From Deltaproteobacteria bacterium (lineage in GTDB: Bacteria; Desulfobacterota; Dissulfuribacteria; Dissulfuribacterales; UBA3076), in the NCBI GenBank assembly GCA_030262715.1, contig JAJSZR010000003.1:1-53926 (forward strand): a DNA stretch of 53,926 nt, written 5' to 3'. Both the position numbers and the translations under genes were made by a program. The notes beneath the pieces were generated by a model that made no database searches, was not told the origin of the DNA, and was given only the letters and a program-made list of their open reading frames with translations. Positions 26,569-34,999 of this stretch are shown here, piece by piece. Positions within the stretch are counted from its first letter, which is position 1. Each line of letters opens with the position of its first letter.

Positions 26569-27693
26569 TTATTCTTTAGTTGCAAAAGCATACAATATCC
26601 ACCCTAGATGATAGGGCCGACACTCGAAATTAACGTCTATATCTTTATAGCTGTTTTTTCCCTTAGGAAATCGGAGCAAAAATAATATTTCATCGCAGTA
26701 CATTTTGTATTTCTTGCGATAGAAACTTCTCCAGATTACGTTTTGCGAAGTATCGATCAAATCGCAACCAAGCTCATTGCTTCCGGTAATCCATTCCAGG
26801 CCCTTGTAAATTGGTTCACTGAAGTCTAGCTCGGTAACTTCACCAATTGCTGACAGAGCCATAGGAGCCATGCCATCTTGATGGACGGCATATACGGGAT
26901 ATCGTCCAACCGTCCTTCCAGTCAGAGAGTTGTAATGCCACCACCACTGGCCTAATGGACCCTGGAGACGGCATATCGTCTTTGCACAATCCAAGGCCAT
27001 CTTGAGCGCCTCTTCACTATTATATGCCTGTGCGAACCTTGCCAATGCATAGATAGGATACACCTGGTCAGCAAAGCTACCGATTTGACCTCGTATCATA
27101 CCGGTGAAAGAAGTCCTCTTCAGATGTCTAAAGATTCCTTTACCGCCATAATTATTTTTTAGCAGCCTGTAAGTATTTGCAGTCAAATCTGCTAATCCTA
27201 TAGGTTCATCTTTTTTTAGAACCAATGCAGTGTATGCCAGCCCTGTCAGGAACCAGGACAACTCCACTGTTCTTCCCTGACGGGCATCGCTGTATCGTCT
27301 AAGCGCACTCTTTATGTCTAGCTCAGAATAGATCCGAATAAGCCGCTGGGGCGAAGCCAAGGCGCAAAGCCACAACAACAAACCTATGTCCCCGATATTC
27401 TGGATATTAATGTTATTTTCCAGAAGTTTATCCAGAGCAATTTGAACATTAACAGGAGATTTTATACCTTGAGTTTCAATCCGACGGAGTCCCAGGAGCG
27501 AAATAATCGTATAACGAAAAGAAAATCCTTCTTTCATGACTCCGTAATCGTTTCGTTTTACTCGGAAACAAAAAAGCTGCTTTTCAATATCGAACATTTC
27601 TGCAAGTCCACGGACCGCCAGATTATTGAGCTTCCGCACCATATCCGGATCTACCCGAGATCTTGATGTGAGTTTCAGAACCATGTTATTCAT
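26569..27693 (-). CDS. hypothetical protein (possibly alpha/alpha-toroid fold)
   Basis: It is a 374-aa ORF in operon context. The W/aromatic-rich repeats ('GPLGQWWWHYNSLTG', 'YPVYAVHQDGMAPMAL') are reminiscent of six-hairpin glycosidase/epimerase-like folds. I recognise no family with confidence. Confidence 0.35.
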   Translation of the reverse strand: MNNMVLKLTSRSRVDPDMVRKLNNLAVRGLAEMFDIEKQLFCFRVKRNDYGVMKEGFSFRYTIISLLGLRRIETQGIKSPVNVQIALDKLLENNINIQNIGDIGLLLWLCALASPQRLIRIYSELDIKSALRRYSDARQGRTVELSWFLTGLAYTALVLKKDEPIGLADLTANTYRLLKNNYGGKGIFRHLKRTSFTGMIRGQIGSFADQVYPIYALARFAQAYNSEEALKMALDCAKTICRLQGPLGQWWWHYNSLTGRTVGRYPVYAVHQDGMAPMALSAIGEVTELDFSEPIYKGLEWITGSNELGCDLIDTSQNVIWRSFYRKKYKMYCDEILFLLRFPKGKNSYKDIDVNFECRPYHLGWILYAFATKE

Positions 27694-27726
27694 GATGGAA
27701 TCATAAGGATCTCTGAAGTAAACCGA

Positions 27727-28848
27727 TTAGCCCTCCAGCACTGACACAACCTCATCGATGATTCGTTCCAGAGCGGTACGGTTTGTATGTTCGGGTTTGG
27801 CTGGTCGATGGTATGGAGCTAAGATGATTTTTGTTCGCACATCCTCAACACTCTCTAAAAGGGTGAGCCGGCCGCTATCGGCCAGGTATTTATCAACGGC
27901 CCCGATTTTTCCGCGGAAAATGCTATAGACTGGCACACCCAATGCGGCTGCCTCTCGATTCATGGTGCCACCTCCACTGACTACCAAATCAGAATGCCAT
28001 ATCAGGTTAAGACCATTGACTACCTGTTCAGGAATGATGATTTTGCCGTTATTGCACCACTGGGGCCACATTTGTCTTACCAAAATCATCTGTTTTTCAT
28101 TCCGTGGTAATAAAACCATGTGGAGGTTCGGATTGTGACCCAGAAAATCGATTACTGCCTCAAAGAGTTCTTCGCTCTCAGGATTGTGATAGTGTGCTTC
28201 CGTAGCCGGCGGTCGTATAGTCACCACCAAGGCCTCTCCAGGAATGCCTAGGCCGCTCAGGATACGAGAATCCGGCTTGAAGTTCGGGACATACACGTCT
28301 TCCTTAATTCCCGGATATTTACGGACAAGCCTGCTATGATTCTTCAGGACCGTGTCGGGGATCACCTCAGGCACAATTAACTTGGTCGCACGGATAAACG
28401 GTAGCAACTTGACATGCTCATAGTCGCATATCACTATCCATGGTATGCCCACTACCGAGGCCAATAGCATCTGTGCACGGGAACCGTGAGACAGCGCCAG
28501 GTCTGGCTTTTGTCTCAGCACTATTGGTGCCATTTGTATAGCTCTAATGAACAGCCCAGCAACTTTCAAAGTCTTACTCTTGCCATAGTGACGTCCTATC
28601 CGTTTGTAATGAAGGTTGAAAAGATCGGCCAGTGAGCATACCTGGAAACAGTCACGGGCAGTGAGCATTACTTGATATCCGCGCTTATCGAGTTCTTCGA
28701 TAATTGGTTTGAAGAACATTACATGAGGCGAATTGTCTAGATCGATCCATATCTTTTTTGTGTAAAATAACCCTGAATCATTTCTCATAAATGTTGGAGT
28801 GATTTGAGATCTGGCTTGGTATTTCATAGTGAAAAATTTCCTACCCAC
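27727..28848 (-). CDS. DUF354 family protein (GT-B / UDP-GlcNAc 2-epimerase-like fold)
   Basis: 'IWIDLDNSPHVMFFKPIIEELDKRGYQVMLTARD' is the characteristic DUF354 N-terminus. 'SGGGTMNREAAALGVPV' is a GT-B C-domain motif. Confidence 0.6.
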   Translation of the reverse strand: MGRKFFTMKYQARSQITPTFMRNDSGLFYTKKIWIDLDNSPHVMFFKPIIEELDKRGYQVMLTARDCFQVCSLADLFNLHYKRIGRHYGKSKTLKVAGLFIRAIQMAPIVLRQKPDLALSHGSRAQMLLASVVGIPWIVICDYEHVKLLPFIRATKLIVPEVIPDTVLKNHSRLVRKYPGIKEDVYVPNFKPDSRILSGLGIPGEALVVTIRPPATEAHYHNPESEELFEAVIDFLGHNPNLHMVLLPRNEKQMILVRQMWPQWCNNGKIIIPEQVVNGLNLIWHSDLVVSGGGTMNREAAALGVPVYSIFRGKIGAVDKYLADSGRLTLLESVEDVRTKIILAPYHRPAKPEHTNRTALERIIDEVVSVLEG

Positions 28849-28929
28849 CCCACATTAATTTTTTAAGGGGTAGATGTCTCACTTACATTGATACAGAGGG
28901 TAAGGCGAGACCACTCGGAACATTAAATC

Positions 28930-30036
28930 CTATTGAGCGGTTAAGCTCTTGATTTCTCGAACGACATACTTGGTCTGTTCCTTTGTTAGTTCCGGAAACA
29001 TGGGTAAGGAAATCAATTCTTGTGAATATCTTTCGGCTATCGGGAAACTATTTTTTTCAAGGCCCAAATAACAATAAGCCCCTTGAAGGTGAATAGGTAT
29101 TGGATAGTGAATCCCACATTGAATTCCTTTATCAGCCAGAGCAGTGATAAGTTTATTGCGATTTTGAATGCGAATTGCATATATATGATAAACATGTTTT
29201 GCGTAGTCGGCTTCTTTTGGTGTAACGACACCATCTATGTTGGCAAGCAATTTATCATATACTTTAGCATTATTTCTGCGTGCTTCATTCCATTCTGAAA
29301 GATGCTTTAGTTTTACACTCAAGACCGCTCCCTGTAACCCGTCCATGCGGGCGTTCCAGCCTATCATCATATGCTGATATTTCTCCAGTTGTCCATGGTC
29401 ACGTAATGTTTTAATTTTTTTGGCTAACTCTTGATTATTAGTAACCACGGCCCCGGCCTCTCCATATGCACCCAGATTTTTACCAGGATAAAAACTGAAG
29501 CACACTGCATCTCCTATAGAACCCGCTGGTCTACCTTTGTATTCAGCACCGTGTGCCTGGCAAGAATCCTCAACAACAAATAGCCCATGCGCCTTGGCAA
29601 GTTCCATAATCGGATCCATATCAGCCATTTGGCCAAATAGATGAACGGGAATAATGGCTTTGGTTCTGGGCGTAATATCAGCTTCGAGCAAAACAGGATT
29701 CATAGTGTATGTTTCGTTGTCTATGTCAACAAACACTGGCTTGGCACCACATAAACTAATGGCTTCCGCAGTGGCAATAAAAGTATTAGGCACAGTAATG
29801 ACTTCATCGCCCTTACCGACTCCGAGTGCCAACAGGGTCAACCAGAGTGATTCGGTTCCGCTACCAACTCCGACGGCAAATTGGGATTTACAGAATGAGG
29901 CAAATTCTTTTTCAAACTGAGTAACAAATGGACCTCTCGCAAAGGCACAGCTTTCCAAAACTCGCTGTATTGCAATAGCGATTTCGTCTCGAATGGATTG
30001 ATACTGGGCTCGAAGATCTACAAATGGTACTTTCAT
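28930..30036 (-). CDS. DegT/DnrJ/EryC1/StrS-family PLP-dependent sugar aminotransferase (WbpE-like)
   Basis: 'VPFVDLRAQYQSIRDEI' and 'FSFYPGKNLGAYGEAG' (PLP-Lys) are canonical for the family. Confidence 0.9.
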   Translation of the reverse strand: MKVPFVDLRAQYQSIRDEIAIAIQRVLESCAFARGPFVTQFEKEFASFCKSQFAVGVGSGTESLWLTLLALGVGKGDEVITVPNTFIATAEAISLCGAKPVFVDIDNETYTMNPVLLEADITPRTKAIIPVHLFGQMADMDPIMELAKAHGLFVVEDSCQAHGAEYKGRPAGSIGDAVCFSFYPGKNLGAYGEAGAVVTNNQELAKKIKTLRDHGQLEKYQHMMIGWNARMDGLQGAVLSVKLKHLSEWNEARRNNAKVYDKLLANIDGVVTPKEADYAKHVYHIYAIRIQNRNKLITALADKGIQCGIHYPIPIHLQGAYCYLGLEKNSFPIAERYSQELISLPMFPELTKEQTKYVVREIKSLTAQ

Positions 30037-30066
30037 TGTGTTTTTAAAACTGAGATCCTGATACTT

Positions 30067-30615
30067 CTATTTTTTTATAATTCGCGCAGGATTACCTGCA
30101 ACGATTATGTTTGATGGGACGTCTCTGGTGACCACACTGCCTGCTCCGACAATGGCTTTTTCTCCAATTGTAACGTCGGATAGGATTGTGGAGCCTGACC
30201 CGATGGATGCATCTTTTTTGACTAGTGTTGGCTCTACTTTCCAGTCATCTTCGGTCTGCAGCCGCCCTTTTTCATTTGTTGCCCTTGGATATTTATCGTT
30301 GATAAAGACCACGCCGTGTCCCACGAAAACGTTGTCCTCTACGGTTACACCTTCACATATGAAGGTATGGCTTTGAATCTTGCAGTTTTTTCCTATCTTG
30401 CAGTTTTTTTGGATTTCTACAAAGGTACCAATTTTTGTATTATCGCCTATCTCACACCCATAGAGATTGATGAAATTGGCGATCTTTACATTTTTCCCTA
30501 ATTTGACATCAGGGGCGATCTTTTTGAGGTTATTAGGGTTTATCTTTGGGTTCACTGAGGATGTGAATTCACTGAGCTTGTTGAGCTGGTAAAGTAAAAA
30601 GGGGTGATGAATCAA
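30067..30615 (-). CDS. hexapeptide-repeat (left-handed beta-helix) sugar N-acetyltransferase (WbpD-like)
   Basis: It has repeated [LIV]-G-x-x-x-x hexapeptides ('IGDNTKIGTFVEIQKNCKIGKNCKIQ', 'IGEKAIVGAGSVV'). The ORF-track start overlaps the upstream gene by 47 nt, so the real start may be further in. Confidence 0.8.
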   Translation of the reverse strand: MIHHPFLLYQLNKLSEFTSSVNPKINPNNLKKIAPDVKLGKNVKIANFINLYGCEIGDNTKIGTFVEIQKNCKIGKNCKIQSHTFICEGVTVEDNVFVGHGVVFINDKYPRATNEKGRLQTEDDWKVEPTLVKKDASIGSGSTILSDVTIGEKAIVGAGSVVTRDVPSNIIVAGNPARIIKK

Positions 30616-31657
30616 TAACCATTTTTCTGTACTTAGATATAGGAACTGCCTTACCGCTGTTTTTCAATGATTTATTTGCTGCTTCTAATACAGAGATTAC
30701 CCTTAATCCACTATATCCATCACTTATTGGTTTTTTGTTTTCCCTGATACATTCCAAAAAATGTTTGGCTTCCTTATGCAAAGGCTCATAATCCTCTAAG
30801 CGGGGACTGTAAATATCGCCATATCTGTACGAAAATTGAAATTCACCAAAGGTATTATAGTAGGACGGTGCTTCCACACCTTTATCGTAGATCTTTATTT
30901 TCTCTTGAGGATTCACATCATCATAGACAAGCATCTTTTTGCTTCCCACTATGGTGGTCCTTCTGATTTTGTTGGGATCAAGCCAACTATTATGGATAAA
31001 CGCGATGGTACCGTTGTGGAAATTTAACGTGATGCTTGCCACATCCTCGATTTCAGTTTGATAGTGGGATTTTCCCTGGGCATTCACCGAATTAGGCTCC
31101 ATACCAAGGATATATATGATGATAGAGATGTCGTGAGGGGCCAGGTCCATGACGACATTTATATCCGGTTGAAAGAGCCCTAAGTTTACGCGTGTGCTGG
31201 TTATGTAAAGGATCTCTCCTGTTTCTCCACTTTCTATGATTTCTTTTATTTTGTTCACAGCCGCAGCATATTCAAAAGTATGACCTACCATCAATACTTT
31301 TTGTTGTTCTTCGGATAGGCGTATTAATTCGAGGCATTGTGAAGAGGATGAGACCATAGGTTTTTCCATGAGGACATGTTTTCCATGTAAAATGGATTGC
31401 TTACCTAAATCAAAATGAGTCAAAACTGGAGTGGCTATAGCCACGGCATCGATTTCCGGATCATTGAGGATTTCCATATAATTTTTGGTAGTTCTTATAG
31501 AAGGATATAATTTTCTCATTCGGTCCAATTTACTCTCTATAAGGTCGCAACACATAGACATGCTACAGCTTGAAATTTGATTGAAATTTCTGATTAGATT
31601 GGGCCCCCAATAGCCGCAGCCGATAACCGCAATGTTGATTTTTTCCTTTTGTTTCAT
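30569..31657 (-). CDS. Gfo/Idh/MocA-family NAD-dependent sugar oxidoreductase (WbpB-like)
   Basis: It has the Rossmann motif 'INIAVIGCGYWGPNLIRN' and 'VLMEKP'. It lies directly upstream of the acetyltransferase and aminotransferase genes. Confidence 0.85.
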   Translation of the reverse strand: MKQKEKINIAVIGCGYWGPNLIRNFNQISSCSMSMCCDLIESKLDRMRKLYPSIRTTKNYMEILNDPEIDAVAIATPVLTHFDLGKQSILHGKHVLMEKPMVSSSSQCLELIRLSEEQQKVLMVGHTFEYAAAVNKIKEIIESGETGEILYITSTRVNLGLFQPDINVVMDLAPHDISIIIYILGMEPNSVNAQGKSHYQTEIEDVASITLNFHNGTIAFIHNSWLDPNKIRRTTIVGSKKMLVYDDVNPQEKIKIYDKGVEAPSYYNTFGEFQFSYRYGDIYSPRLEDYEPLHKEAKHFLECIRENKKPISDGYSGLRVISVLEAANKSLKNSGKAVPISKYRKMVIDSSPLFTLPAQQAQ

Positions 31658-31728
31658 ATGAAGTCTCTTATTTTAGGCTCTTCTGTCTCTTCTACTTAAA
31701 ATAGGACCTTTAATGAATGATTAAAGAA

Positions 31729-32933
31729 TCAATATGCTCCTTTGGCTGAAAGGATAGCCAAAATTGTTTTAAAGAGGATTTTAAAGTCCAGCCACAACGA
31801 CCAATTATTGACATATGAGATATCTAAGCGGACCATTTCATTGAAGGTGGTTGAACTTCTTCCCATTACCTGCCACAGACCTGTAATGCCAGGTTTAACT
31901 TCCAGTATCCTTCTTAGATGCCAGTCCTCGTATTGTTTTACTTCATAGGGTATAGGAGGGCGTGGTCCCACTAAACTCATTTCTCCTTTTAATGCATTGA
32001 ACAGTTGAGGTAACTCATCGAGGCTGCTCCTCCTCAGGAATTTTCCAAAGGGAGTTACCCGGGGGTCATCTTTCATTTTATATAAAGGCTTATCCCTTGA
32101 GCTGCAATTAGCTTTATCATTTTTTTTTTGATTAAATCCTTGACATACTCTCTGTGTCTTTTTTCGTCGCAGTTGGCATACATTGAGCGAAACTTCAGGA
32201 AGGTGAATTCCTTGCCCAGAAATCCCATCCTTCTCTGTTTATAGAGAATTGGACCAGGAGAAGTTGATTTTATCAGAATGGCAATGATGAACATAAGGGG
32301 CAAAAAAAGAATAATTCCAATCAGAGAACCGATTATGTCAATGCCCCTTTTTATCGATTTCTGCAATTCATATAAAACGGGCTTCTTCGAAAGATCCAAA
32401 TAAAGTGGGCAAACTAAAGTCATTTGATCATGTGAATTAAATTCCGTGTTCAGAGCCCTTGTATTTTCCCTTTTATTTTCTGGTCTTGTTACTGAATTTC
32501 TAATAATTTCAGGATAGGACGTAATTATTATATTCTTTTTGAGGTCAAAGCTGTTTTTAATGCCAAAAGAGGTCTCTAAAGCATGGCTCACCATTTCCTC
32601 AAGCTTCCCAGCCAGGACATCTGCCCCTGATTTTTCAGTCCCAGGCATGAGAATTTTCAAGGTTTTATGGTCATGCCAGCTTTTGATGTCAATATCACGG
32701 GTACTTTCTCGGACGATGTTAGTTATTACCTTTTTTATTTGATGGATGTTGAACTCTGTCCCATTTTGAAGCGAATCTGTCAAATCCGAAATATCAAGAA
32801 TTAATATTGAAAACGGTGAACCCGACCGTTCGGTTCTATGTCGCTCCTCACATAGACGTATGTCGAAGAATGACGGGCTGTAGAAGCCGGTCTTCATGTC
32901 CACCCTGTAGTTTCTGGATTTAGAGTTTAACAT
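31729..32933 (-). pseudogene. priming polyprenyl-phosphate sugar-phosphate transferase (Bac_transf family) with N-terminal degenerate GGDEF domain; split by a frameshift at an A10 tract
   Basis: ORF 32073..32933 ends inside the catalytic domain ('...FTFLKFRSMYANCDEKRHREYVKDLIKKK'). ORF 31729..32076 carries the rest ('KDDPRVTPFGKFLRRSSLDELPQLFN...LVGPRP'). The downstream frame is open back through the homopolymer and reads 'NDKANCSSRDKPLYKMKDDPRVT'. One extra A in the tract would give a single ORF. Confidence 0.8.
32120..32129. repeat. T10 (A10 on the coding strand) homopolymer at the frameshift site
   Basis: Read directly: 'atcaTTTTTTTTTTgatt'. Confidence 0.9.
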
Positions 32934-32996
32934 TGACTACAAATATTGACTTACCTAAGTTTGTTGGGCCCATTTAGAGTTAATCCATAGTATTTA

Positions 32997-34943
32997 TTAT
33001 TGTATGATTGCATAAACATCATCAAACCAGGCAGTACCCATAGTGTAAGAGAGGAAGCAGTAAGGATGTATCTGTTTTACACCTTTACCAAAGTTGACTT
33101 TACTTTCTATATTTTCCCAATCATGGGTTCCCGGCCTGAACAGAAGATCATCGTAGTACCAGGTTGAATTTCCATCCTCAAACTCTATATAGAAAAGTAT
33201 GGCAAATATGCCGCCTGGAGCTACATCTTCTGTCCTGGCCCAGCCCCCAAGCGTTAAGGTATGAGGATAAGGCTCAGGGAAGGTAACAATCTCCCCATTC
33301 CAGGCGGCATTGTCACCAGTGGTATTTTCAATCTTAATTGAGTAATTCCCACTGTGTGCCACTCCTTTTATCCAACCACTCTCCCGGTCCAAATCATTTC
33401 CATAAGTTTGCCAATACACTGGATAGGTTTCCCCATATTCCATGCCGGGATTATAGATAAGGCTGTCATACATATCTCGAGGTTTGGAATTGGGGTCACC
33501 TGGATCTGTGTGACTATTATATTCTTCGATATTCGTATATCCATCCCCATCCAAATCCTCTACGGCATCATTAACAAGGGGATTCAGGCCATATTTGACC
33601 TCCCATCCATCGGGCATACCATCATAGTCGGTATCAGGGTTATCGGGGTCTGTTCCTATAGCTTGTTCCTCCTCATCATGTAAGCCATCACCATCTCTAT
33701 CACCTTCTAAAGTGGCATAAACATCATCAAACCAGGCAGTACCCATAGTGTAAGAGAGGAAGCAGTAAGGCTGTATCTGTTTCACAGCCTTATCAAAGGT
33801 AACTTTACTTTCCATATTCTCCCAGCCATGGGTTCCCGGCCTGGACAGAAGATCATCGCAGTACCAGGTATGGTTTCCATCCTCAAACTTTACATAGAAG
33901 TCTATGGCAAAGATGCCACCTTCAGCTACATCTTCTGCCTTGGCCCAGCCCCCAAGCGTTAAGGTATAGGGATAAGGCTCAGGGAAGACAACTGTTCCTC
34001 CACACCACTGGGCATCGGTACCAGTGGTATTTTCAATCCTGATTGAATAATTGCCACTGTGTGCCACCCCTTTTATCCAATCAGTTTCTCTATCCAGATC
34101 GGCGCTGTAAGTCCACCAGGACTGTGGATAGGTTTCCCCATATTCCATGCCGGGATTATAGATAAGGCTGTCATACATATCTCGAGGTTTGGAATTGGGG
34201 TCACCTGGATCTGTGTGACTATTATATTCTTCGATATTCGTATATCCATCCCCATCCAAATCCTCTACGGCATCATTAACAAGGGGATTCAGGCCATATT
34301 TGACCTCCCATCCATCGGGCATACCATCATAGTCGGTATCAGGGTTATCGGGGTCTGTTCCTATAGCTTGTTCCTCCTCATCATGTAAGCCATCACCATC
34401 TCTATCACCTTCTAAAGTGGCATAAACATCATCAAACCAGGCAGTACCCATAGTGTAAGAGAGGAAGCAGTAAGGCTGTATCTGTTTCACAGCCTTATCA
34501 AAGGTAACTTTACTTTCCATATTCTCCCAGCCATGGGTTCCCGGCCTGGACAGAAGATCATCGCAGTACCAGGTATGGTTTCCATCCTCAAACTTTACAT
34601 AGAAGTCTATGGCAAAGATGCCACCTTCAGCTACATCTTCTGCCTTGGCCCAGCCCCCAAGCGTTAAGGTATAGGGATAAGGCTCAGGGAAGACAACTGT
34701 TCCTCCACACCACTGGGCATCGGTACCAGTGGTATTTTCAATCCTGATTGAATAATTGCCACTGTGTGCCACCCCTTTTATCCAATCAGTTTCTCTATCC
34801 AGATCGGCGCTGTAAGTCCACCAGGACTGTGGATAGGTTTCCCCATATTCCATGCCGGGATTATAGATAAGGTTATCAGCCCGGCCTGACGATGGAAATG
34901 CAATGAATAAAATAAACAGTATAGTTAGTAACAAATTTGTCAT
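32997..34943 (-). CDS. secreted protein with three CBM-like (CBM4_9-type) beta-sandwich modules joined by thrombospondin-type-3-like Ca-binding linkers
   Basis: It has a signal peptide ('LLLTILFILFIAFPSSGRA'). There are three units that each start 'LIYNPGMEYGETYP...W' and end '...GTAWFDDVYA'. The linkers read 'GDRDGDGLHDEEEQAIGTDPDNPDTDYDGMPDGWEVKYGLNPL...DLDGDGYTNIEEY'. Confidence 0.7.
   Translation of the reverse strand: MTNLLLTILFILFIAFPSSGRADNLIYNPGMEYGETYPQSWWTYSADLDRETDWIKGVAHSGNYSIRIENTTGTDAQWCGGTVVFPEPYPYTLTLGGWAKAEDVAEGGIFAIDFYVKFEDGNHTWYCDDLLSRPGTHGWENMESKVTFDKAVKQIQPYCFLSYTMGTAWFDDVYATLEGDRDGDGLHDEEEQAIGTDPDNPDTDYDGMPDGWEVKYGLNPLVNDAVEDLDGDGYTNIEEYNSHTDPGDPNSKPRDMYDSLIYNPGMEYGETYPQSWWTYSADLDRETDWIKGVAHSGNYSIRIENTTGTDAQWCGGTVVFPEPYPYTLTLGGWAKAEDVAEGGIFAIDFYVKFEDGNHTWYCDDLLSRPGTHGWENMESKVTFDKAVKQIQPYCFLSYTMGTAWFDDVYATLEGDRDGDGLHDEEEQAIGTDPDNPDTDYDGMPDGWEVKYGLNPLVNDAVEDLDGDGYTNIEEYNSHTDPGDPNSKPRDMYDSLIYNPGMEYGETYPVYWQTYGNDLDRESGWIKGVAHSGNYSIKIENTTGDNAAWNGEIVTFPEPYPHTLTLGGWARTEDVAPGGIFAILFYIEFEDGNSTWYYDDLLFRPGTHDWENIESKVNFGKGVKQIHPYCFLSYTMGTAWFDDVYAIIQ
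33421..34872. repeat. tandem direct repeat, 705-bp unit, about 2.06 copies, identical where compared; a third, diverged partial unit lies at 32997-33420
   Basis: 33421-34167 reads the same as 34126-34872 in every stretch I compared. The shadow ORFs 33354..33683 and 34059..34388 are offset by exactly 705 nt. 705 nt = 235 codons, so the reading frame is preserved. Confidence 0.9.
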
Positions 34944-34999
34944 TTTATATTCCCTATTTGATTTGTAAAATGAGGAATTAGTTTTCAGTTTTTTAGTGC

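Noticed and set aside
33421-34872. Repeats as a CRISPR array (the 705-bp tandem, and the heptamer tracts at 4651, 9713, 39585 and 51341)
   Set aside because: The unit sizes (705 bp coding, or 7 bp) and the lack of a spacer/repeat alternation in the 25-50 bp range are incompatible with CRISPR. No cas genes are present.
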